From contig JBCNVM010000015.1 in assembly GCA_039630085.1 (NCBI GenBank), forward strand, positions 1 to 21,642: a DNA stretch of 21,642 bases. Reading direction: 5' to 3'. Positions 10,223-17,715 of the stretch are shown here, in pieces. The notes beneath the pieces were generated by a model. That model was given only the letters and a program-made list of their open reading frames with translations, made no database searches and was not told the origin of the DNA. Position 1 is the first letter of the stretch, and each line of letters opens with the position of its first letter. Position numbers and translations under genes: made by a program. Source of the stretch: Candidatus Caldarchaeales archaeon (GTDB lineage Archaea; Thermoproteota; Nitrososphaeria_A; Caldarchaeales; Calditenuaceae).

Positions 10223-10963
10223 TCAGAGCCGGATGAGGTCCCCCATCAGCGTCGCCTCGACGATCTTCTCAGCGATCTCTGCTATCTTTTCCGAAGGACC
10301 ATGATGTCTGATCTCGCCGTTCTCGATGTAGTACGTGTATTCGGAGATCTCGATTGCGCGCTTGACGTTCTGGTCTACGAGGAGGACGGAAATCCCCTCT
10401 TGCGAGTTTATCTTGATCAGCGTCTTGTAAATCTGCTCGGCCATCAAGGGAGAGAGGCCGACGCTCGGCTCGTCGACGAGCAGCAGCTTGGGCTTGATCA
10501 TGAGGCCCCTGGCGATGTCGAGCATCTTGACCTCGCCGCCGCTGAGGCTGGAGGCTTTCATCTTCCTCTTCTGGGCGAGGTTGGGGAAGACGCGGTAGAC
10601 CTCCTCGAGCCTGTCCCTGAGCGACTCGTCTCCCCTCTTCAGCCAGAAGCCCATCTTCAGGTTCTCCTCGACGGTCATGGACGCGAAGGGGCTTAAGTCC
10701 TGCGGAATGTACGCGATGCCGATCTTCTTCGCCCCATGCGGATCGATGCCAGTGATGTCGGCCCCATCGAAGAAGATCCTGCCCGACGTCGGCTTCAGGA
10801 ACCCGAAGATCGTCTTGAGAAGGGTGCTCTTACCGGCGCCGTTAGAGCCCACGAGCGAGACGAACTGGCCCCTCTCGATGCGCATGGTGATGTCTTTGAT
10901 GATCGGCAGCTCGGGGTCATACCCCGCGTAAACCCTCTCTAGGCGCAGGATTTCAGGAGCCAA
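10223..10963 (-). CDS. livF: HAAT ABC transporter ATPase, LivF type
   Basis: Walker A GSNGAGKST, MTVEENL, LSGGE and LLVDEPSVGLSP. Confidence 0.88.
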   Translation of the reverse strand: MAPEILRLERVYAGYDPELPIIKDITMRIERGQFVSLVGSNGAGKSTLLKTIFGFLKPTSGRIFFDGADITGIDPHGAKKIGIAYIPQDLSPFASMTVEENLKMGFWLKRGDESLRDRLEEVYRVFPNLAQKRKMKASSLSGGEVKMLDIARGLMIKPKLLLVDEPSVGLSPLMAEQIYKTLIKINSQEGISVLLVDQNVKRAIEISEYTYYIENGEIRHHGPSEKIAEIAEKIVEATLMGDLIRL

Positions 10964-11684
10964 GGTAGGCCCTCTTCACCTCCTGCATCAACGCGACCTC
11001 GCGCAGGCTTCCTTCGGCGATCTTCTCTCCGCGGCTGAGCACAGCGACCCTGTTGCAGAGCTTGGAGACGACATTCAGCTCATGGCTCACGACGACTATC
11101 GAGACGCCCCTCTCGGCGAGCTCCTTGAGGACTTTCACCATTCTGCCTATGATGATAGGGTTGACACCTGCGAACGGCTCATCGAGCAGCAGCAAGTTCG
11201 CGTTCGACGCGATCAGCCTCGCGAACTCCAAGAGCTTCTTCTGGCCACCGCTGAGCGACTTGGCCTTGAGGTCCTTGACTTCGCCGAGGCCGACGGCCTC
11301 GAGCGCCTCAACGGCGACGCGCAACTTGTCAGACGCGTTCATGTCGCGCCGGGTCGCGTAAAGCGCCGTTAGGACGTTCTGGAGGACGGTCATCTCGGGG
11401 AAGTACCTCGTTATCTGGAACGTCCTCGCGACGCCCAGCTTCGCGACCTCGTGCGGCCTCATTCCGTTAATCGGGACCGAATTGACGAAGACCTCGCCGC
11501 CATCGGGCGCGTAGATCGCGGTGATCACGTTGAGGAGAACCGTCTTGCCCGCGCCGTTAGGTCCGATGACGCCGAAGAGCTCGCCGCGGCGCACCCTGAT
11601 GCTGACCCCCCTGAGGGCCTCGATGCCGCCGAAACGCTTGTAGACTTCTCGCACTTCAAGGACATCCGCAGGACCGGTCTGCAA
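10953..11684 (-). CDS. livG: HAAT ABC transporter ATPase, LivG type
   Basis: KRFGGIEAL, GPNGAGKT, GVARTFQ, LSGGQKK and LLLDEPFAGVNP. Confidence 0.88.
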   Translation of the reverse strand: MQTGPADVLEVREVYKRFGGIEALRGVSIRVRRGELFGVIGPNGAGKTVLLNVITAIYAPDGGEVFVNSVPINGMRPHEVAKLGVARTFQITRYFPEMTVLQNVLTALYATRRDMNASDKLRVAVEALEAVGLGEVKDLKAKSLSGGQKKLLEFARLIASNANLLLLDEPFAGVNPIIIGRMVKVLKELAERGVSIVVVSHELNVVSKLCNRVAVLSRGEKIAEGSLREVALMQEVKRAYLGS

Positions 11685-11777
11685 CCCCTGTCTCCGAATT
11701 CGCCTCTACTTTGTTTTAAGGATTGCAAGTCGAAGACCGCCGCCTCGAGGCCGACGGAATCGGGGCACAGCCGGAAT

Positions 11778-11790
11778 CAGTGTGACACTG
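11778..11790. promoter_or_regulatory. Perfect palindrome CAGTGT-G-ACACTG, a candidate operator between the divergent livG and hyuA promoters
   Basis: Lies between TATA-like CTTAAAAC (minus strand, 11713-11720) and CTTAAATA (plus strand, 11831-11838). Confidence 0.35.
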
Positions 11791-11863
11791 TCGGCCACGC
11801 GCGAAAGGGACACTTTGCAGCAGAATCTGTCTTAAATAGGATTCAGGGCACCAGCGGCCCGAG

Positions 11864-13921
11864 ATGCTCCACGTTGCGGTCGACGTCGGGGGCACCTTCA
11901 CGGACCTCGTGGCCTTCGACGAGGAGAGCGGCTCGGTCTACGCGGTTAAGGTCAGGAGCACGCCCCGGAACCCGGAGGAGGGGTTCGTCGAGTCGCTGAG
12001 GGCGCTGGCCGCGAGGCACGGGGTGGACCTCTCGAGGGTCGGGACGGTCGTCCACGTGAACACCGTTGGGACGAACCTCCTCAGGGGCCAGGTGGGACTG
12101 GAGGTCCCGAAGGCGGCTCTCGTGACGACGAAGGGGTTCAGGGACGTCCTCGAGATCGGGAGGCAGAACAGGCCCGAGCTCTACAACGTCTTCTACACCA
12201 GACCGAGGCCGCTGGTGCCGAGGGAGCTCAGGTTCGAGGTCGACGAGAGGGTCGACGGCCGCGGGAGGTGCCTGAAGGAGGTCGACCAGAGGGCGCTGGA
12301 CGAGGTCGCGAGGAGGATCGTCGAGGAGGGGGTCGAGACGGTCGCGGTCTGCTTCCTCGAGAGCTACCTCAACCCGGTCAACGAGGCGAAGGCCAAGCAG
12401 CACATCGAGAGGACAGCCCGCGTCCCGGTCTCGGCGTCGTACGAGGTCGACCCGGAGCACAGGGAGTACGAGAGGACGAGCACGACCGTCGTCAACGCGG
12501 TCCTCAGGCCTGTCGTCTCGAGGTACATCGAGGAGGTGAGGAAGAGGCTCGGGGAGCTGGGAGTGAGGGGCTCGCTCGAGGTGATGAGCTCCTCGGGAGG
12601 GCTGATAGACGTCGGCGAGGCTGCTGAGAGGCCGGTGGCGACGATCGAGTCGGGTCCGGCTGCGGGCGTGATCGGAGCCGCGGAGCTCGCGAGGAGGATG
12701 GGCCTCCGGAACGTCATAAGCCTGGACATGGGAGGGACGACCGCGAAGGCAGGCGCGGTGGTGAACGGCCAGCCCCTCTACGTCCCCGAGATCGAGGTCG
12801 GGGGGAAGGTCCACATGGGGAGGGCGGTCAAGGGGAGCGGCTATCCTGTCAGGTACCCCTCCGTGGACCTTGCTGAGGTCAGCGCGGGAGGCGGGACGAT
12901 AGTCGACGTCGACGAGGCCGGGGGCCTGAAGGTGGGGCCCCTGAGCGCCGGAGCGGACCCCGGGCCTGCGTGCTACGGGTTCGGAGGGACGATGGCGACG
13001 ATCACCGACGCGAACCTCGTCCTCGGGAGGATAGAGAGCCTCCTGGGAGGGGAGTTCCAGCTGAGGAGGGACCTCGCGGAGTCCGCGGTCGCCAGAGTAG
13101 CCGAGAGGCTGGGATCGAGCGTGACGGTGGTCGCCTCAGCGGCGGTCGCGCTCGTCAATCACCAGATGGCCAGGGCAGTGCACCTCGTGAGCCTCGAGAG
13201 GGGCTACGACCCGAGCGAGTTCGCGCTGATGGCGTTCGGCGGAGCCGGACCGATGCACGCGGCGGAGCTAGCTCAGCAGATCGGGATATCGACGGTGATA
13301 GTCCCGCCCCACCCCGGCCTCTTCTCATCCCTGGGGCTCCTCATGACCGACTTCAGGTACGCTTTCGTCCGCGGCTTCATCAGGACCGTCACGGAGGGGA
13401 GCGAGGGCTTCGTCGAGGGGATCTTCGAGGAGATGGAGCGGGAGGCGCTGAGGCGGATCGAGGCGAGGGGTAGGAGCGTCGAGGGCGCTGGGGTCCTGAG
13501 GAGCCTCGACATGCGGTACTACGGACAGGGCCACGAGCTCGAGGTCAGGGTCGGGAGGCCGTTCGACGCGGAGGAGGCGGTGAGGGCCTTCGAGGAGCTC
13601 CACGAGGTCGTCTACGGGTTCAGGCACAGGGGCGAACCGGTCGAGGCGACCGCGGCGAGGCTGACCGTGATCGTCCCGAGGAGGAAGGTCTCCCTGAGGA
13701 GGCCCGAGGGGGTAGGGCGGAGGCCGTCCGTGAGGAGGAGGCGGGTCCACTTCGACGGCGAGTGGCTGGAGACCGAGGTGCTCAGGAGGGAGGAGCTGGC
13801 CGCGGGCTTCTCCGCCGAAGGGCCGCTGATAGTGGAGGAGTTCGACTCCACGACCGTCGTCCCGCCGGGCTGGAGCGTGCTCGTCGACGAGCTCGGGTGC
13901 ATGGTGGTGAGGAGGGCGTGA
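11864..13921 (+). CDS. hyuA: Hydantoinase A / 5-oxoprolinase ATP-hydrolysing subunit
   Basis: VDVGGTFTD, TTKGFRDVLEIGRQ, REYERTSTT, ESGPAAG, DMGGTT, SAGADPGPACYG and AFGGAGPMHA. Confidence 0.93.
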   Translation: MLHVAVDVGGTFTDLVAFDEESGSVYAVKVRSTPRNPEEGFVESLRALAARHGVDLSRVGTVVHVNTVGTNLLRGQVGLEVPKAALVTTKGFRDVLEIGRQNRPELYNVFYTRPRPLVPRELRFEVDERVDGRGRCLKEVDQRALDEVARRIVEEGVETVAVCFLESYLNPVNEAKAKQHIERTARVPVSASYEVDPEHREYERTSTTVVNAVLRPVVSRYIEEVRKRLGELGVRGSLEVMSSSGGLIDVGEAAERPVATIESGPAAGVIGAAELARRMGLRNVISLDMGGTTAKAGAVVNGQPLYVPEIEVGGKVHMGRAVKGSGYPVRYPSVDLAEVSAGGGTIVDVDEAGGLKVGPLSAGADPGPACYGFGGTMATITDANLVLGRIESLLGGEFQLRRDLAESAVARVAERLGSSVTVVASAAVALVNHQMARAVHLVSLERGYDPSEFALMAFGGAGPMHAAELAQQIGISTVIVPPHPGLFSSLGLLMTDFRYAFVRGFIRTVTEGSEGFVEGIFEEMEREALRRIEARGRSVEGAGVLRSLDMRYYGQGHELEVRVGRPFDAEEAVRAFEELHEVVYGFRHRGEPVEATAARLTVIVPRRKVSLRRPEGVGRRPSVRRRRVHFDGEWLETEVLRREELAAGFSAEGPLIVEEFDSTTVVPPGWSVLVDELGCMVVRRA

Positions 13922-15489
13922 GGCTGGAGGTCGAGCTGGTCAAGCACAGCCTCGTCTACATCTCGGAGGAGATGGGCGTCGCGCTCCGGAAGTCGGCCTA
14001 CTCCCCCAACATCAGGGAGAGGGCGGACCACAGCTGCGCGATCCTCGACGCCTCCGGGAGGCTGATAGGCCAGGCCGAGCACATCCCGGTCCACATAGGC
14101 TCGCTGCCGCTGGGCCTCCGCAACTCGCTCCGGTACCTCGAGGAGAGGGGGGTGGAGGTGAAGGAGGGCGACATGTACGTCCTCAACGACCCTTACATCG
14201 CGGGGACGCACCTCAACGACGTCACCACGATAAGGCCGGTCTTCTACAGGGGCAGGCTGGTCGGCTACGTAGCGAACAAGGCCCATCAGGTCGACGTGGG
14301 AGGGATCGACCCGGCGAGCATCTCGATGAGGGCGGAGACGATCTGGCAGGAGGGCCTGATCATACCTCCCGTCAGGCTGATGGAGGGTAACAGGCTGGTC
14401 GATGACCTCGTCGAGGTGATCAGGAGCAACACGAGGACGCCGGAGGTCACGCTGGGGGACCTTAGGGCCCAGGTCGCCGCGAACCTCCTAGGCGAGAGGA
14501 AGCTCGTCGAGCTGATAGAGAGGGTCTCCCTTCCGGTCTTCGAGGAGGCGGTCGAGGAGGTTCTGGAGAGGACCAACAGGGCTGTGAGGTCGGAGCTCTC
14601 GAGGATGCCCCACGGCAGGGGCAGGGCCGAGGACTACCTCGAGCTCGAGGACCGGGACCTCACGATAAGGGCGGAGGTCGAGGTCTCGCCGGAGGGCTTC
14701 AGGGTCGACTTCGAGGGGACCGACCCGCAGGTCGACAGGCCACTGAACGCGGTCCTCGGCGTTACGACCGCCGTCGCGACCTACACCTTCAGGACGCTCC
14801 TCAGCTCCGACGTCCTCCTCAACGACGGCTTCGTCAGGACCGTCTCGGTCATCGCGCCTCCGGGGACGATCGTCAACCCGGTCAAGCCCGCGCCTGTGGC
14901 GGCCGGAAACCTCGAGACAAGCCAGAGGATCGTCGACGTCATCTACGGGGCCCTCGCGGAGGTCGTGCCCGAGAGGGTGCCGGCGGCCAGCAACGGGAGC
15001 ATGAACAACCTGATGATGGGAGGGGTCCACCCGGAGACGGGAAGGACGTGGGCCTTCTACGAGACGATAGGCGGAGGAGGAGGGGCGAGGCCGGGGATGG
15101 ACGGCGTCGACGGAGTCCACTGCCACATGACGAACACCCTCAACACGCCGATCGAGGTGATCGAGCACTACTACCCGGTCCTCTTCGTCTGCTACAGGCT
15201 CAGGGACGGTAGCGGCGGAGAGGGAAGGTGGAGGGGAGGGATGGGGATCGAGAGGGGCTTCAGGGCCCTCGCGAGGGTCAGGGTCACGGTGATCGGGGAC
15301 AGGAGCAGGCACAGGCCTTGGGGCCTGAGGGGAGGAGGCGACGGAGCTCCGAGCGAGTACGTCGTCGAGAGGGCCGGCGGCGAGAGGGCGAGGCTGAGGT
15401 CGAAGGACGCGACGGTCCTCGAGCCGGGCGATGTCCTGATCATGCGGACCGCGGGCGGGGGCGGATACGGAAGGCCCGAGGGCCCCTAG
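13918..15489 (+). CDS. hyuB: Hydantoinase B / 5-oxoprolinase catalytic subunit
   Basis: GTG start overlaps the hyuA stop (GTGA). Motifs EEMG, SPNIRERADHSC, IPVHIGS, NDPY..GTHLND, HQVDVGG, NTPIEVIE and TAGGGGYG. Confidence 0.93.
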   Translation: MRLEVELVKHSLVYISEEMGVALRKSAYSPNIRERADHSCAILDASGRLIGQAEHIPVHIGSLPLGLRNSLRYLEERGVEVKEGDMYVLNDPYIAGTHLNDVTTIRPVFYRGRLVGYVANKAHQVDVGGIDPASISMRAETIWQEGLIIPPVRLMEGNRLVDDLVEVIRSNTRTPEVTLGDLRAQVAANLLGERKLVELIERVSLPVFEEAVEEVLERTNRAVRSELSRMPHGRGRAEDYLELEDRDLTIRAEVEVSPEGFRVDFEGTDPQVDRPLNAVLGVTTAVATYTFRTLLSSDVLLNDGFVRTVSVIAPPGTIVNPVKPAPVAAGNLETSQRIVDVIYGALAEVVPERVPAASNGSMNNLMMGGVHPETGRTWAFYETIGGGGGARPGMDGVDGVHCHMTNTLNTPIEVIEHYYPVLFVCYRLRDGSGGEGRWRGGMGIERGFRALARVRVTVIGDRSRHRPWGLRGGGDGAPSEYVVERAGGERARLRSKDATVLEPGDVLIMRTAGGGGYGRPEGP

Positions 15490-15514
15490 AGCGGCGTGGC
15501 GATCCAGCTCCCGA

Positions 15515-15896
15515 GCCGCTCGGTCGACCCTCCACCGCCAAGTCCTTCCGTCCCACTTCAGCCCAAATTTCCGCTTGGCCTCCTCGAAGGCGGCCCTGAC
15601 CTCCGCGAGGAACTCCGGGTCCGCGATCAGGACCTGCCCGTACTCGAGGGCGTCGAGGACCAGCAGGTTCGGCCTGAAGACTCCCTCAGGAGGGCCCCGG
15701 GGCTGTAACCTATCGGGTCTATCCCCGGTCGCTTCAGCAGGACGTAGTTCCCGGAAGCGTCGGGGGCGAGCTTCTCCGAGACGACGAGGAGGTCGACGTC
15801 GCTGTTCTCGGTCCATTCGCCCGTGACGAAGGACCCGAAGACCACGACCAGCTCCGGACTGTAGCTCCCCGCGAGCCACTCAAGGTACTCCTCCAA
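15515..15896 (-). pseudogene. Minimal nucleotidyltransferase (MNT) antitoxin, frameshifted
   Basis: GSFVTGEWTENSDVD is an intact GSX10DXD motif. The reading frame breaks at about 15680 (ctg agg gag _tc ttc agg ccg) and continues in another frame as FRPNLLVLDALEYGQVL...KFGLKWDGRTWRW with no nearby stop, so the lower coordinate is approximate. Confidence 0.75.
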
Positions 15897-16080
15897 CCTT
15901 CCTCCTCAACCGCTCGTAATACCCTCCGGGCGTCCTCAAGCGCCCTCCTCGCGTCCTCCTCCGCGTAGTAGTCTAAGGTGCCCCCGCGTGAAACACGTAG
16001 ACGCACCTGGACTGGAGGTAGTGCCCGTCGAGGTTCAGGGCAGACCGCTCGAGCTCCGAGAGGGACCGCGCTCGGCTCCG
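15880..16080 (-). pseudogene. C-terminal remnant of a HEPN-domain protein (HEPN-MNT pair), frameshifted and 5'-truncated
   Basis: One frame reads SELERSALNLDGHYLQSRCVYVFHAGAP*. After a 1-nt shift at about 15973 it reads DYYAEEDARRALEDARRVLRAVEE, matching the archaeal HEPN C-terminal pattern LD.HY..SRY......P..YY..EDA..AL..A..V. Confidence 0.65.
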
Positions 16081-16120
16081 ATGTCCAAATGGTTGAAATA
16101 ACGGCCGGGCATTCGAGGAG

Positions 16121-16188
16121 CCGAGGATGAGGAGACCGACCTGCAACGACGGCCTGCCCGGATGAGATGCATGTCACCTCTCTGACGG
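16121..16188 (+). ncRNA. Candidate atypical box C/D sRNA
   Basis: CCG-AGGATGA (C-like, 16124-16130), CTGC (D'-like, 16154-16157), GGATGA (C'-like, 16160-16165) and CTGA (D, 16182-16185)-CGG, with a terminal stem. An AT-rich TTGAAATAA lies about 20-30 nt upstream. Confidence 0.4.
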
Positions 16189-16245
16189 ATCGTCGGACCT
16201 CTTGCGGTATTAGGTTCTATAGGAGGAGGCCGTCCGGATGGGGCC

Positions 16246-16806
16246 GTGGGCAGGCTGAAGGGCGTAAGGGTGGCGATCGTCGCGGGTCCGGAGTTCGAGG
16301 ACATCGAGCTCCTCTACTCGTACTACAGGCTCCTCGAGGAGGGCGCCCAGGTGAAGGTGATCGCGCAGGAGAGGAGGGCCTACTCGGGGAAGCACGGGAT
16401 CTCCGTGAACGCGGACCTGACCTTCTCGGAGTCCGATCCCGCGGAATTCGACGCCCTCTTCATACCCGGAGGATGGATGCCCGACAGGGTCAGGAGGGAC
16501 AGGACAGCCACCGAGTGGATAAGGAGGTTCTCGGAGCTCGGGAGGCCGATAGGCGTGATCTGCCACGGTGGCCAGCTCCTCATCTCCGCGAAGGCCGTCA
16601 GGGGGTACAGGATGACCGCGGTCTCCGCGATAAGGGACGACCTCGAGAACGCGGGGGCGTTGTTCGTCGACGCGCCGGTCGTCAGGGACAGGAACGTCGT
16701 CTCCTCGAGGGTTCCCGCGGACCTGCCTCACCTGATGCCGGAGTTCATCGCGCTGGTCGAGGAGTCGGCGAAGAGGGTCAGGGCAGCGGAGCGCGGGCTG
16801 AAGTAG
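16246..16806 (+). CDS. pfpI: PfpI/DJ-1 family protein (type 1 glutamine amidotransferase-like protease/glyoxalase III)
   Basis: FEDIEL (conserved Glu), FDALFIPGG, PD.VR, nucleophile elbow ICHG, DDLENAGA and SSRVPADL. Confidence 0.9.
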   Translation: MGRLKGVRVAIVAGPEFEDIELLYSYYRLLEEGAQVKVIAQERRAYSGKHGISVNADLTFSESDPAEFDALFIPGGWMPDRVRRDRTATEWIRRFSELGRPIGVICHGGQLLISAKAVRGYRMTAVSAIRDDLENAGALFVDAPVVRDRNVVSSRVPADLPHLMPEFIALVEESAKRVRAAERGLK

Positions 16807-16809
16807 GCC

Positions 16810-17715
16810 TTGAGGGTCCTCGTGACTGGGTCGGAGGGCTTCGTGGGTAGACACGTCGTCGCCTACCTCGGGGAGAGGGGGCACGAGGTCGCGGGCCTCG
16901 ACGTGAGGGGCAGCCGGCCAGTCGACGTCACCTCCTTCGACCAGGTCCTGAGGGCCTTCGAGGAGTTCAGGCCGGAGGCCGTCGTCCACTTGGCGGCGAT
17001 CGCGAACGTCGTGAGGTGCATAGAGGACCCGAGGTCCTGCTTCGAGGCGAACGTCCTTGGCACGCTGAACGTCGTAGAGGCAGCGCACAGGTTCAGAGTG
17101 GAGCGGTTCGTCTACGCCTCTTCCGCCAACGTGTACGGCCAGAGCCCGAGGACTCCCGTGACCGAGTCGGAGCCGCTGAGACCGAGGACGCCCTACGACC
17201 ACACAAAGGTCGCCGCGGAGTCGGTCGTGATGTCCTACGTCTCCTCGAAGTCGCTCCCCGCTGTCGTCTTCAGGTCCTGGAAGCTCTTCGGCGAGGGGGA
17301 GCCGGAGACGAGCGTCACCACGAGGTTCGTCGACGCCTGCCTCAGGGGCGACCCGATACCGCTCCACAACGGCGGCCGGGACGTCACGGACCCCTACCAC
17401 GTCGAGAACTACTGCAGGGCGGTCGAGCTCGCGCTGAAGAGCGACGGAGCCGTAGGGGAGGCCTTCAACCTGGGCACGGGCAACAGGGTCTCGATAAGGG
17501 AGCTGGCCCTCGTGATAAGGAGGCTGACGGGCTCGAGCTCGGAGCTCCTCGACCTGCCTCCGAGGACGCAGCAGGAGAGCGAGCCGATGGTTAGCTACCC
17601 CTCGATCGAGAAGGCGAGGAGGGTCCTGGGCTACGAGCCGGTCGTCGGCCTCGAGGAGGGGCTTAGGAGGCTCATCGCCTGGAGAGAAGGCCGCGTCCCG
17701 CGAAGACCTCCCTGA
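16810..17715 (+). CDS. NAD-dependent epimerase/dehydratase (extended SDR, UDP-glucose 4-epimerase-like)
   Basis: VLVTGSEGFVG, HLAA, NVLGTLNV, ASSANVYG, YxxxK (YDHTK) and FNLGTG. Confidence 0.9.
   Translation: MRVLVTGSEGFVGRHVVAYLGERGHEVAGLDVRGSRPVDVTSFDQVLRAFEEFRPEAVVHLAAIANVVRCIEDPRSCFEANVLGTLNVVEAAHRFRVERFVYASSANVYGQSPRTPVTESEPLRPRTPYDHTKVAAESVVMSYVSSKSLPAVVFRSWKLFGEGEPETSVTTRFVDACLRGDPIPLHNGGRDVTDPYHVENYCRAVELALKSDGAVGEAFNLGTGNRVSIRELALVIRRLTGSSSELLDLPPRTQQESEPMVSYPSIEKARRVLGYEPVVGLEEGLRRLIAWREGRVPRRPP

Noticed and set aside
10163-10227. Second box C/D sRNA candidate (ATGATGA at about 10182)
   Set aside because: No properly spaced CTGA or C'/D' boxes are present. It is better explained as promoter-region sequence with a TCATCA/TGATGA inverted repeat.
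6127-11863. Integrated mobile element with att sites
   Set aside because: No integrase, transposase, tRNA or terminal repeats were found. Only compositional evidence exists.
15670-15990. Programmed frameshifting in MNT/HEPN
   Set aside because: No slippery sequence is present, and additional lesions (truncation, missing stop) indicate decay.
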